A stretch of DNA of 64,000 nucleotides from an uncultured Enterobacterales bacterium (GCA_945288535.1 CALYQQ010000017.1:1733-65732); one strand, 5' to 3'; shown: positions 21,114 to 32,390, counted from the stretch's first letter. Numbers and translations: made by a program. Notes: generated by a model from the letters alone, not told the origin.

Positions 21114-21558
21114 CTTACTCGATGATTAATTCGTTTATTTATATAAATACTAAATGATGTTCATTAGTTACAGAAATGCTAATCATACGTATAGCCATTC
21201 AATGAATATATCAATTGATTTTATTAAAGATCAATAAATTAATGATATATTTCATTATTTACTTCACATAAGGCTAGATTATTTTTTGTATTATAACTTA
21301 GTTACTCTTCAGTCTATTATAGTAATTATAATGACCATATAATATACTAGCTTATTTTTATATTAATAATTTTATGCTGAAAATAAAAGATGATCATTTA
21401 TAAGAGGATCTTATTTTAATTAAAAAGTAGTCTGTTTTTATACATAGATAAATAAATCATTAAGCTCAAACGCATGTTAATAGTAAAAATAGATTCTATT
21501 TATTTTTTCTTCATGCTACAGATAATTCAATATCCTTTTATAAAAACATGAATAAAAA

Positions 21559-23892
21559 TTATCGTTCATTGCCAAACATTTCAACAACCCACTCTGGCGT
21601 ATCTTCAACGGGCTCTGGTGTTGATGTCGTATTAACATTATGCATTTGCATTGCACAAAAAGCATCAGGATCACTGATCATTGCAGGCAAATTCCGTTTA
21701 GCTTGACCACAGAAAAAATTTCCCTCACTATCAAGTGCCATCATATTGATACCTTCTGGTGGAACTAAATTTAAAGGTAGAAGGGATTGATTTTCTATAT
21801 AATGCCTGAAAAGTTGTAATGCGCCTTGCGAACCTGTTAAACGCGTAGGCTCATTATCATCACGTCCAGTCCAAGCAATTGTTACTTCTTTACCATCAAT
21901 ACCGACAAACCAACTATCGCGTAAATCATTTGTTGTCCCCGTCTTAGCTGCTAAATTATATTGACTGAATCTGTTTTGCAAAGAATGGGCTGTTCCGCGT
22001 ACCACCACTTGCTGCATTGAATAAAGGATCTGATAACTGGCTTGTGGTGATACTACCAGCTGTGATTTAGGGAAGCTTTCATAAAGTACTTGCCCATTCT
22101 CAGCAATAATTGAGCGTAATGCTGATAAAGTAGCGCGATGACCACCACTAGCAATTGTTTGATATACTTGTGCTAATTCAAATGGCGTAAGGCTTGTTGA
22201 ACCGAGTAACATTGCAGGCACTTTCTGGATATATTGACTATCTACCCCTAAACGGATCATAATCTTTTTTATTTCATCGAGACCAACATCTAATCCTAAA
22301 TTCACTGTTGGAATATTTAGTGAATTTGTTAATGCATCAATAAGCATCACACGACCACGAAATCTACGATCATAATTGCGTGGTTGCCAATTGGTTTTAT
22401 TTGATAGTGTAATTGTTAATGGTTCATCAGGTAACCATGAATTAAGTTGATATTGTTCTGGCTTACTTAATGCAGCCAAGTAGATCGGTGGTTTTGCTAA
22501 AGATCCTATTGGTCGACGGCCATATAATGCACGATTGAAACCCGCATATTGTGGCTGTGAGCCACCAACAATGGCCCGTATTTCACCACTAAATCGGTCA
22601 ACAATAACCATTGCACCTTCCAGTTCAGGAATTTTATATTGTTGTCTTAACTTACTGACTTCTAATTCAACGGCATTTTCTGCTTCTTTTTGTGATACAG
22701 GATCTAACGTAGTGAAAATCTTAACACCCGATAAGTTTTTCACTTGTTCACCTAGAACATCATATAATTCTTTAAGGACTTGTTGTATAAATGCAGGTTG
22801 TGGCGTAATGATGGTCTTAAGATCACGTAAACCGAGCGGTTGACTAATCGCTAATAGATACTGATCATGACTAATGTCTTGTTGTTCATACAATAAACGT
22901 AATACTAAATTACGTCTTTCCGTAACAAGCTCAGGATTACGCCAGGGATTATATAGCGAAGCACCTTTTACCATACCTACTAGCATTGCTTGCTGTGCTA
23001 ACGTCAATTCATTAACTGGCCGCCCAAAATAATGAATGCTCGCAAACGGAAATCCCCTAATCTGTTCGCCTCCCCTACCACCTTTACCATTTTGCCCAAG
23101 ATAAACTTCGTTAAGATAAAGTTCTAATATACGTTCTTTGCTATAATGGTAGTCCATCACTAATGCCATAAGTGCTTCCCTAGCCTTTCGCGTAAAAGAA
23201 CGTTCATTTGTAAGAAATAAGTTTTTGACGAGTTGTTGGGTCAACGTACTGCCACCCTGAACAGTTTGTCCTGCCTGAAGGTTAGCCCTAAATGCACGCG
23301 CGATCGCAAATAAATTAATACCATCATGCTGAAAAAAATGACGATCTTCTGTTGCTAATAATGCTTTAATCAAACTATTGGGAAATTTATTTATTCCAAT
23401 AAATAAACGTTGTTCTCCGTTAGGCGATTGCAACATAGTAATGAGTTTAGGATCAAGGCGAAAAAAACCAAACTCACGCTGATTTGCCATGTTAATAATA
23501 CGTACTAGTCGATCATTACTAAAAATTAATTTGGCGTGAATTTCACCTTCATGTTTATCCGGAAAATCAAACGAACGACGAATCAGTTCTATTGAATTAC
23601 CTTGAATAGCATATTCTCCTGCGCGTCTAGGAACGAGTACTTTACGGTATTGTGTCGCATTTAGTAAAACAGTTATCTCTTTTTGTGAATAGAGCATACC
23701 TGGTTCAAGATTAATCATTCGCCCGTACATAGCTGCAGGAAGTTCCCATACCTGCCCATCAATTCGTTGTTTAATCTTGGAGTCAAGATAAATACAGTAC
23801 AATGACAAAATGGCAAATAAAACAATCCCTAATTTAATTATAAAAAAATAAAAGGGTTTAAAACTAAACTTAGATTTTGCTTTACGCGCCAT
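21559..23892 (-). CDS. mrcB: Penicillin-binding protein 1B (bifunctional glycosyltransferase/transpeptidase)
   Basis: 777 aa with an N-terminal TM anchor and a UB2H-like region. It has the GT51 motifs EDRHFFQHDG and GGSTLTQQLVKN, plus the TP motifs SLAKP, SLN and KTGTT. Confidence 0.93.
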   Translation of the reverse strand: MARKAKSKFSFKPFYFFIIKLGIVLFAILSLYCIYLDSKIKQRIDGQVWELPAAMYGRMINLEPGMLYSQKEITVLLNATQYRKVLVPRRAGEYAIQGNSIELIRRSFDFPDKHEGEIHAKLIFSNDRLVRIINMANQREFGFFRLDPKLITMLQSPNGEQRLFIGINKFPNSLIKALLATEDRHFFQHDGINLFAIARAFRANLQAGQTVQGGSTLTQQLVKNLFLTNERSFTRKAREALMALVMDYHYSKERILELYLNEVYLGQNGKGGRGGEQIRGFPFASIHYFGRPVNELTLAQQAMLVGMVKGASLYNPWRNPELVTERRNLVLRLLYEQQDISHDQYLLAISQPLGLRDLKTIITPQPAFIQQVLKELYDVLGEQVKNLSGVKIFTTLDPVSQKEAENAVELEVSKLRQQYKIPELEGAMVIVDRFSGEIRAIVGGSQPQYAGFNRALYGRRPIGSLAKPPIYLAALSKPEQYQLNSWLPDEPLTITLSNKTNWQPRNYDRRFRGRVMLIDALTNSLNIPTVNLGLDVGLDEIKKIMIRLGVDSQYIQKVPAMLLGSTSLTPFELAQVYQTIASGGHRATLSALRSIIAENGQVLYESFPKSQLVVSPQASYQILYSMQQVVVRGTAHSLQNRFSQYNLAAKTGTTNDLRDSWFVGIDGKEVTIAWTGRDDNEPTRLTGSQGALQLFRHYIENQSLLPLNLVPPEGINMMALDSEGNFFCGQAKRNLPAMISDPDAFCAMQMHNVNTTSTPEPVEDTPEWVVEMFGNER

Positions 23893-24198
23893 GAATTCCT
23901 CTGGATATCACTCCCATATGTTATCTCTCCATACATCATGAACAAATAATTTAGAATAAGATTCAATGCTACTCATCAGTATACTTAAAATAATAAAAGA
24001 TAGCTAAAAACCATCATTATTATCTATACCCATACACAGATAGTATCGAATAACTTTTCGTTTCACTTTGTCAGGCCTTAATACATAATAATTTCATAAC
24101 TGCTATTACTTAGTATATACACGTCATTAGTATGCGTGAACGCATGTAAAAGCTAATGTGTTATAATATATTAATAACTTTATTATAAAGTCAGATTT

Positions 24199-25902
24199 TT
24201 AGTTAAGACTGTATTTTTTAGTTTTACGTGTTGGCAAACTGTTTTGAGGATCGTCAGGCTAAAAATGTTTAGGATAACGCCCTTTCATTTCTTTTTGAAC
24301 GTCACGATAACTCCTTTGCCAAAAATTAGCTAAATCACTTGTAATGTGTAATACCCTATTCGCAGGTGACAACAACTCAATAATGACCGTTATTTTATCT
24401 TGCGCAATTTTTGGATTCTCTTGTTCACCAAACAATTCTTGTATACGTGCAGAAATCATAGGGGGCTGTTCAGTATGGTAATTAATTGGTACTTGATTGC
24501 CTGTCGGTAAACGATAATGTGTTGGTAACCAACGATCAAGTTGTTGTATCTGCTGCCAATTCATTAAGCGCTTTAATGCATTGGTAATATTAATCTGTTT
24601 TAATGATTTTATATCTTGAATATTATCTAAATCAGGCAATAACCATACATCTAAATGAGCTAATAACGCATCTTCATCTACTGATGGCCAGTCAAACTCT
24701 GTAAACCATTGCTTTGCACATATCAAACGTGTGCATAATTGACTGGCACTAGTCGTCCAGTCTAATTGTCCGATCCCTTGTTGACGTAACCATCCCATTA
24801 GTGCTTGACGAAACTCATCTTGTGACGGTTTATTAACAGTTTGTTCATTTAATACAATGTGACCAATTTGCTTACGACGAACGGAACGCAATGTACCTGG
24901 TTTTTCTAACCATTGAATGGTCATTACATCAGATAACAATGTCGGGAAATGGTCAATTATTAATGCTGGTTCACAGGCTATGGCTAATAAAATACGGGGT
25001 TGTAAAGCATTACTTGGTTGCAATAAATGAGTAACAATTAAATAAGATGTACCATACAAGCTATCTCGCTGATCTAACTCGACACCACTACCGTTAGCTA
25101 AAAGATAACGATTAGTGATATTACGTTTAGCGGCAATACGATCAGGAAAAGCGACGGCTAATAATATAGATAATAAACTAGAATCAACAATCGTTTTTTC
25201 AATATGCTCTCGCTGACGTAATTGCTCAGCGCGATGTAACCACGCTTTATTGGGTTGGTTAAACAAAATAAAAATATCACTATTCCCCGTATAATGGGGA
25301 GGGTGTTCAAGTATTGCTACAAGTCGTGCTGCAGTATTAAAGGCAATAGCGCCTTTCTTTTGTCCATATAATAACATAGCGGCTAATCTTGGTTCTGTCC
25401 CAAAACGAGCCATTTTTTTTCCTGCTAAGGTTAATTGTCCTTGGTTATCAATTGCACCTAATAAATGCAATAACTGTTTAGCTGCTTGTAATGCAGCTTT
25501 TGGTGGTATTGTTAGCCATGATAATTGGGTAATGTCATGACATCCCTATAATAATAAATTGAAGTAGCATCCAGATAGATCACTATAGGTTATTTCCGGT
25601 TCACGCTGCGCAACTGAACGTTCCGCCTGTTCTTTTGTTAACAGATGCCAACAAACACCTGGCATAATACGACCTGCACGCCCTGCACGTTGTGTCATAG
25701 ATGCTCGACTAATACGTTGAGTGACTAACCGAATTTTACCCGTTATCCAAGGTAATTTAAGCAATTGCAAAGGTAACCATGTCGATTTACCTGCACCTGG
25801 CGGGGCTAATAGCAGTAATTGATTATGATGTAGTAATCCAACTGTAAGGGTTGTTAATACCTCTACAATAGGTAGACTCAATGCGACACTCCAATACCTC
25901 AT
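24199..25902 (-). pseudogene. hrpB: ATP-dependent RNA helicase HrpB, inactivated (in-frame internal deletion plus two amber codons)
   Basis: A single reading frame. N-terminal LLLAPPGAGKSTWLPLQLL..GKI is fused directly to RLVTQRISRASMTQRAGRAGR (motif VI), so motifs Ia to V including DEAH are missing. TAG at 25546-25548 sits where E. coli has Gln, and TAG at 24259-24261 where E. coli has Trp (..GRYPKHF*PDDPQNSLPTRKTKKYS). The total of 568 codons compares with about 809 in E. coli. Confidence 0.85.
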
Positions 25903-26148
25903 ATCCGACTACGTTTTTCTAATAAGGCAGCCTTATTTACAATAACTATTTCAATAATAATAAGACATAGTTTAACTTATATTTCAAATAAAATTATATA
26001 GCCAGGATTTTCCATAACTTTTAATACTATAGGTTAATTATTTATTAGTTATAGTGACAAAAAATTTCGTTCTACTACAATGCTACTTCTTTTCCAATAA
26101 CATCACAGGGATTTATTTTATTCTTGTATAATCAATAAGGTGAGATAA

Positions 26149-26853
26149 ATTATTCAATTCGAATCATCGTTACAACTTGCTCAATTGCTTAGGCGTTATA
26201 AGCGTTTTTTAGCTGATGCTATTATGCAAGACGGCTCAATTATAACACTCCATTGCGCCAATATAGTGCTATAACTGGCTGTGCGATACCTGATGATACT
26301 ATTTGGTTTTCGCTATCTAGCAATCAAAAACGAAAATACCCTTATAGTTGGCAAACTACATAAACATCATATGGTGATATGATTTGTGTCAATACTCATA
26401 TAGCTAATTATTTAGTTAAAGAAGCTATAGAAAAAATATTATTAGCGAATTATGTGGTTATCAGCAGATCTGTTCAGATGTCTGTTATGGGTAAGAAAAG
26501 AGTCAAGTTGATTTGGTTCTGGAAGATGACAGTCGCTCGGCTTGTTTTATTGAAGTAAAATCAGTCACACTTGCAGAAAAGGATAAAGGGTATTTTCCTG
26601 ATAGCATTACAGAACGCGGATATAAACATTTAGAGAACTTAACTATATGAGACAACAAGGTTATCGAGCCGTACTTTGTTTTGTTGTTTTACATAGTAAC
26701 ATTCAGCATATTTCTATAGCAGAACATATTGATATAATCTATGCACTATTGTTAGAAAAAGCATTAGAAATAGGTATTGAAGTGATTTGTTATAAAACGA
26801 TAATCTCCACTCAAACGATACAAATTTGCCATTCGTTACCCTTTATAAGGTAA
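26149..26853 (+). pseudogene. sfsA: Sugar fermentation stimulation protein SfsA, degraded
   Basis: Homology to SfsA runs through all three frames. The pieces are ..[25 protein letters not shown], then [39 protein letters not shown], then [42 protein letters not shown], then QGYRAVLCFVVLHSNIQHIS..HID. There are at least 3 frameshifts, several in-frame stops and no ATG at the expected start (ATT ATT CAA). Confidence 0.8.
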
Positions 26854-27274
26854 GCGTTATTGCTACACATTTTTTTTCTCCTATCAGCGATAGGAAAAAG
26901 ATGAGGTTATATTACAGCATAATAATATTTATCAAAAATGTACAATAATTCACCAGATCTTGTGTTCTTATATGAATTTATTGATATTTTAGAAAGTTTA
27001 TACTTTAATGGACACATATTTTATTAATTTTTTATTTAATTGGTAGTTATAAACGAATAAAGATAGTTTATTCCGAACTGGTATAAAAATACTTATCGTG
27101 TAATAGCGCAAGCTATTTTACTTAGAACAAAAATGTATGAATACTGACCATTTTTATTTCTTTTACACAACGATTTGTAAGAATCATTGCCATTCGTGTG
27201 CACATCTGTTATTTATAGCGCCCTAAATTTCTTCATCAGAGGAATTAACATTTATGTTAAACAGGAGAAGCATC

Positions 27275-27730
27275 ATGCAGGAAGGTAAAAAAAGTAAAGC
27301 GACTTCCTTAAGCATTCTCGCCATTGCTGGGGTTGAACCTTACCAGGTGAAAGCTGGTGAAGAGTATATGAACCCTAAGCAACTGGAGCATTTCAGGTTA
27401 ATACTTGAAGCCTGGCGAAACCAGTTGAGGACAGAGGTTGATAGAACAGTTTCTCATATGCAAGACGAAGCAGCTAACTTCCCGGATCCGGCAGATCGGG
27501 CAACACAGGAAGAAGAGTTTAGCCTTGAATTACGCAATAGAGATCGGGAACGAAAACTTATTAAAAAAATTGAACGTACTTTACAAAAAATTGAAAGTGA
27601 AGACTTTGGTTTTTGTGAATCATGTGGAATAGAGATTGGTATTCGTCGTCTTGAAGCACGTCCTACGGCTGATTTATGTATTGATTGTAAAACGTTGGCG
27701 GAAATTCGTGAAAAACAGATGGCTGGATAG
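27275..27730 (+). CDS. dksA: RNA polymerase-binding transcription factor DksA
   Basis: [24 protein letters not shown]...[63 protein letters not shown]. Nearly identical to E. coli DksA. AGGAG SD before ATG 27275. Confidence 0.96.
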   Translation: MQEGKKSKATSLSILAIAGVEPYQVKAGEEYMNPKQLEHFRLILEAWRNQLRTEVDRTVSHMQDEAANFPDPADRATQEEEFSLELRNRDRERKLIKKIERTLQKIESEDFGFCESCGIEIGIRRLEARPTADLCIDCKTLAEIREKQMAG

Positions 27731-27792
27731 CGATTATCAACTAATAATACAAAAAATTAATAAATAATGTACCACCGTTAACTAGCATAAAT

Positions 27793-27836
27793 GCCGTGTA
27801 ATATTTCCTTTGAGTCATTTTACACGGCTTATTTGT
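27793..27836 (+). terminator. Possible terminator after dksA
   Basis: 9-bp stem GCCGTGTAA / TTACACGGC with an 18-nt loop, followed by a TTATTTGTT T-rich tail. Confidence 0.45.
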
Positions 27837-27899
27837 TATCATGTGTTAGCTTTTTTATTAATATGATGTACTCACAAAAATTATTCAATTAACATGGTT

Positions 27900-28450
27900 T
27901 AATTGCATGGTATGACGTACGTTGTAGCTTTATTCATTAACTATTTTTATTTTGTAATAATCATTACAGCAATACAACGACCCTTTAGATAAAAGTGTTT
28001 AAAGAAAAATACATTAGTACTATAGATGATCTTATTATATCCACGCAATTGATCATAAAAAATTCACTTTATGTGCTCGGGTTGTTAGTCGATTACACAT
28101 ACTGCCTAGGACACAAGATTACCCATATAACGGTAAAGATTTAAGTTAATCTATAATATATGACTCGAGATTGTAATAGTGTGTATAATGTTTTATCACA
28201 CGGCTTAATTGATTACCATTAACAAGACTATTAGACTGAAACAATGCTATTTATTCATTTACTGATAAGTTAATCGTATTCTTATGCCTATGACCAGTGA
28301 TAACAGAGAAAAAGGAGAGTTATAGTGAGTAAAATAAACGCTATTTTTAAACTTTATCGATTCTTATGTGCTGTTGTCACAAAATATCATAAATATGGTA
28401 TAAGGGTGTTCTTTACAAAGATAATCGTTAAACACAATTTGTGATATTCA
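27900..28450 (+). pseudogene. gluQ: Glutamyl-Q tRNA(Asp) synthetase (GluQRS/YadB) relic, heavily degraded
   Basis: Position between dksA and pcnB, as in E. coli. Recognisable fragments in different frames with stops: WYDVRCSFIH (compare R.D.Y..A...L), DLIISTQLIIKNSLYVLGLLVDY..KITHITVKI (compare [28 protein letters not shown]) and IVSKINA (compare KLSKQNHA). Confidence 0.4.
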
Positions 28451-28843
28451 TCTATTTGTGAATAACTATTATCATGTTTAATACAGTAATGTATCGACAC
28501 TGTTTGAGAGCATAACTATTCAATGAAAGATACTATTTCCATGCTATATAACTCATTGATTACTATAAGTGACTTCCTTATTAACGTGCTTTTCTGCTAA
28601 ATTATGTACATAAATTAGCAATATTTAATATAATTGGATAAGCTAATTTGATTATAACAATTAATCAACCGAATAAATGGGACTATAAGAGATGACAAGG
28701 ATTGATTAGTAGTTATCAAAATGAGTAAAATTAAGCTATGATAAAGAAAGGATCCTACACTGCTGTAACAATGCAATATATTTATCTATCAATGAAGTTG
28801 GTACATTGACTAAAATAAAATAAATTATATTAAGAGGTGTATT

Positions 28844-30250
28844 ATTTTTACCCATATTGCACATTTGTATCGTAAAGTTTTTAAAACAAAGCGCAAAAAT
28901 ATAAAATCTGAACAGCAACTGAAAAATATTACCATTATCCCTAGAGATAAACATATCATCTCGCGCAAAAATATCAGTGATAGTGCATTAAAAGTACTTT
29001 ATCGTTTGCAACGTTCGGGATATGACGCGTATTTAGTCGGTGGTGGCGTACGTGATTTGTTATTAGGTTTAAAACCAAAAGATTTTGACATTGTCACGAA
29101 TGCAACACCAGAGCAAATTCGTCGATTATTTCGCAATTGTCGTTTAGTTGGACGCCGTTTCCGCTTAGCGCATATTATTTTTGGTAAAGAAATCATTGAA
29201 GTGGCAACATTTCGTGGTGAGCATAGTGATGATCATGATAAAAATCAGTCACAGCAATCCAATAAAGGTTTATTATTACGAGATAACGTATATGGTACCA
29301 TTGAACAAGATGCATTACGCCGTGATTTCACTATAAACAGTCTTTATTATAATAGCGCTGATTTTTCAGTACGTGACTATACTGATGGTTTACATGATTT
29401 ACAAAATGGTATTATTCGACTTATCGGTGATGCGGAAAAACGCTACCGTGAAGATCCGGTTCGGATGTTACGTGCTGTGCGTTTTGTCGCTAAGCTTAAT
29501 ATGACACTGGATCCTCAAACAGAAGAGCCTATTCGTCGGCTTGCTGAGCTTTTGCAAAGTATACCTGCCCCGCGCCTATTTGAAGAAACACTTAAATTAT
29601 TACAGAGTGGTCAGGGATATCAATCTTATCAATTATTACGAAAATATCATCTTTTTGAACAATTACTCCCTATTATTAGTCGTTATTTCACACCGGAAAG
29701 CGATAGCAATATGGAGTATTTGCTTGTAAATATATTAAAAAATACCGATCAACGTATTACGCAACAAAAACGTGTTAATCCTGCCTTCTTATTTGCGAGC
29801 ATGCTATGGCATCCTTTACTAGAGCAAGCGGAAAAACTGGCACAAGAAGGAGGATTGTCTTATAACGATGCATTTTTACTGGCAATGAATGATGTTTTAG
29901 ATGAAGCATGTCTGCGTTTAGCAATCCCTAAACGGATCACAACTGTCATGCGCGAGATTTGGCAACTTCAGTCAAGATTATTGAAACGGGATGGACGCCG
30001 TGCATACCGCTTACTTGAGCATCCAAAATTCCGTGCGGGATTTGATTTACTTAGTTTACGTGCTGAAATTGAAGGGGGTGAATTAGCCCGAATCACGCAA
30101 TGGTGGGATAACTTTCAAAAAGCTAATCATGATCAACAGAAAGCATTGATAACAGAGGTAGCAAGTAAACATAATCGCCATCATCGTCATCGTAAATCTC
30201 GTCAGATGAAAAAACGTTTTTATACCCATTCCGATAGTAACATAAAATAA
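28844..30250 (+). CDS. pcnB: Poly(A) polymerase I, probably initiated at ATT
   Basis: [53 protein letters not shown] and so on. AAGAGG (28832-28837) lies 6 nt before ATT 28844. Translation from there, (M)[15 protein letters not shown], parallels E. coli MFTRVANFCRKVLSRE, which is known to start at AUU. The ORF-track TTG at 28865 is an alternative. Confidence 0.9.
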   Translation: MFTHIAHLYRKVFKTKRKNIKSEQQLKNITIIPRDKHIISRKNISDSALKVLYRLQRSGYDAYLVGGGVRDLLLGLKPKDFDIVTNATPEQIRRLFRNCRLVGRRFRLAHIIFGKEIIEVATFRGEHSDDHDKNQSQQSNKGLLLRDNVYGTIEQDALRRDFTINSLYYNSADFSVRDYTDGLHDLQNGIIRLIGDAEKRYREDPVRMLRAVRFVAKLNMTLDPQTEEPIRRLAELLQSIPAPRLFEETLKLLQSGQGYQSYQLLRKYHLFEQLLPIISRYFTPESDSNMEYLLVNILKNTDQRITQQKRVNPAFLFASMLWHPLLEQAEKLAQEGGLSYNDAFLLAMNDVLDEACLRLAIPKRITTVMREIWQLQSRLLKRDGRRAYRLLEHPKFRAGFDLLSLRAEIEGGELARITQWWDNFQKANHDQQKALITEVASKHNRHHRHRKSRQMKKRFYTHSDSNIK

Positions 30251-30729
30251 TGACGCTGACTTATATTGCAATTGGCAGTAATCTAGCCTCCCCACTCCAT
30301 CAAGTTAACTCAGCGTTAGATGCTTTATCGGCTATTCCTGATAGCCGACTACTTTGTCATTCTCGCTTCTATCGGAGTAAACCATTAGGACCGAAAGATC
30401 AGCCTGATTATCTCAATGCTGTTGTTGCTCTGGAAACAACATTATTTCCAGAGCAATTATTAAATGAAACGCAAAAAATTGAACAATCTCATGGACGTCA
30501 GCGTAAAGCAGAACGCTGGGGACCTCGCACATTAGATTTAGATATTTTGTTATTTGGTTCAGAAGTCATTAATACCGAACGATTAACCATACCACATTAT
30601 GATATGAAAAATCGCGAATTTATGCTTTATCCATTGGCAGAAATTGCTCCTCAGCTTATTTTACCTGATGGTACAGCACTAAAAACTTGGTTAGACCGAG
30701 TTAATAAAAATCAATTAACGTATTGGTAG
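30250..30729 (+). CDS. folK: 2-amino-4-hydroxy-6-hydroxymethyldihydropteridine pyrophosphokinase
   Basis: 159 aa, YIAIGSNLASPL..FYRSKPLGPKDQPDYLNAVVALET..ERWGPRTLDLDILLFG..LTIPHYDMKNREFMLYPLAEIAP. The ATG overlaps the pcnB stop by 1 nt. Confidence 0.93.
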   Translation: MTLTYIAIGSNLASPLHQVNSALDALSAIPDSRLLCHSRFYRSKPLGPKDQPDYLNAVVALETTLFPEQLLNETQKIEQSHGRQRKAERWGPRTLDLDILLFGSEVINTERLTIPHYDMKNREFMLYPLAEIAPQLILPDGTALKTWLDRVNKNQLTYW

Positions 30730-31617
30730 AGGATGTTTTTTGAGATACGTTTTATAAAAATACCGATTAACTCAAATAATGCTGTGCTAATTCTTTTTAT
30801 TAATAAAACAATAATAATGCCAACAGTACGCTAATTTAATGAGATATCTTCTCATTTTAGTCTCGTAATTCATATGATGAATAAATTGAAGGTAATCTTC
30901 CGTTAAATTAGTCCTGATAATACCAATATGAACTTATCCATTATCTCATCGCCAACATAGAGCATCTCGCAATTAATAATCAGCACTGTTGTTCGTCATT
31001 GCGTATGATATTTCTTTGGAAATATACTTCGCTTTCCAGATCCAATCCACGTCTATGATGAGAGTGATATCATTTTTTAATGCCTAAATATTAAGATAAT
31101 GATAAACCAAGAGGCATTTATTTTTTAAATCAATAGGTTTTTATCGAACTACTTCAATCACAACGTCAGAATCAACGCTTCGGTCAAAGGATACAGTGTT
31201 ACTAAAATAAGATAGGTCGAGATAAATAGGAGCATAATAAGAGGTTATTTCTAATTATAATACCACATTCTTCGCAAGGATTTATCGTTTATAAAAACCG
31301 CTCTTATAGATAACACAATAATCATATTAAATATATTATGCTGGATAACATGATCTATTTTGAGTTGCTACCCTGCAAAAGCGGAGTAGTAATTTAATTA
31401 TCCGCACGTTAAAGTACGTTTTTTAATGATTATTAAGCAGTAATTTTATTATTTTTATACATATAAAATGTGCTTTTCATTACGGACAATAGTTTGTTTT
31501 TATTTTACTATAAAATAACCCACTTTATTTCTTTTACGATAAGATAAGTGAGTTATTTTTTATTAATCAGTACAAAATAAATGTAAAACGGTATTTTATG
31601 TTACGTAATTAATTGAC

Positions 31618-32388
31618 TCAACTACGTAACCCTTTACCGCGACTAATTAAGTACCAAGATAAGAGGTAAAACACCACGATAAAGAAAAATAACACTGTAA
31701 ACGTTGTATGAACAGGAACATCGCTAATTCCCAGGAAACCATAACGAAATCCACTAATCATATATACAATAGGGTTTAAGTGTGAAGCCGCCTGCCAAAA
31801 AGCAGGGAGTAAATTTAGTGAATAAAATACACCACCTAAATAAGTTAACGGCGTAAGAACAAAGGTAGGAATGATACTCACATCATCAAAGCTATTCGCA
31901 AAAAGCGCATTTAATAAACCAGCTAAAGAAAAAAGAATTGATGTCATGAGTAACGTTATGATAACAATGCACCAGGAATGTGCCTGAATAGTAACAAAAA
32001 ATAGCGATACCATTGTGACTAAAAAACCTACAAGGATCCCGCGCGCTACTCCTCCACCGACATAACCTAAAATAATAATATGTGTTGGCACAGGTGCAAC
32101 GAGTAATTCTTCAATATTGCGCTGAAACTTAGCACTAAAAAAGGATGACGCTACATTGGAGTAAGAATTGGTAATTACCGACATCATAATTAAGCCCGGT
32201 ACAATAAATTGAATATAACTAAATCCTCCCATATTACCAATTCGAGAACCAATTAAATTGCCAAAAATAACAAAGTAAAGAGACATTGTTATCACAGGAG
32301 GTAATAATGTTTGCATCCAAATTCTGAGAAAACGATTGGTTTCTTTTGCCCAGATACTGCGTAATGCAATCCAAAATAGTTTTGCCAT
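31618..32388 (-). CDS. yadH: ABC-2 type transporter permease YadH
   Basis: 256 aa, six TM helices, ABC-2 family pattern. Immediately downstream of the YadG-like ATPase, as in E. coli. Confidence 0.88.
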   Translation of the reverse strand: MAKLFWIALRSIWAKETNRFLRIWMQTLLPPVITMSLYFVIFGNLIGSRIGNMGGFSYIQFIVPGLIMMSVITNSYSNVASSFFSAKFQRNIEELLVAPVPTHIIILGYVGGGVARGILVGFLVTMVSLFFVTIQAHSWCIVIITLLMTSILFSLAGLLNALFANSFDDVSIIPTFVLTPLTYLGGVFYSLNLLPAFWQAASHLNPIVYMISGFRYGFLGISDVPVHTTFTVLFFFIVVFYLLSWYLISRGKGLRS

Positions 32389-32390
32389 TG

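Noticed and set aside
24132-24145. Palindrome ATGCGT-GA-ACGCAT in the mrcB upstream / hrpB downstream spacer.
   Set aside because: It is short (6+6) and matches no operator consensus I know. It could arise by chance.
26647-26853. ORF 26647..26853 (68 aa) considered as an independent small gene.
   Set aside because: It is simply the C-terminal fragment of the degraded sfsA (QGYRAVLCFVVLHS..HID..).
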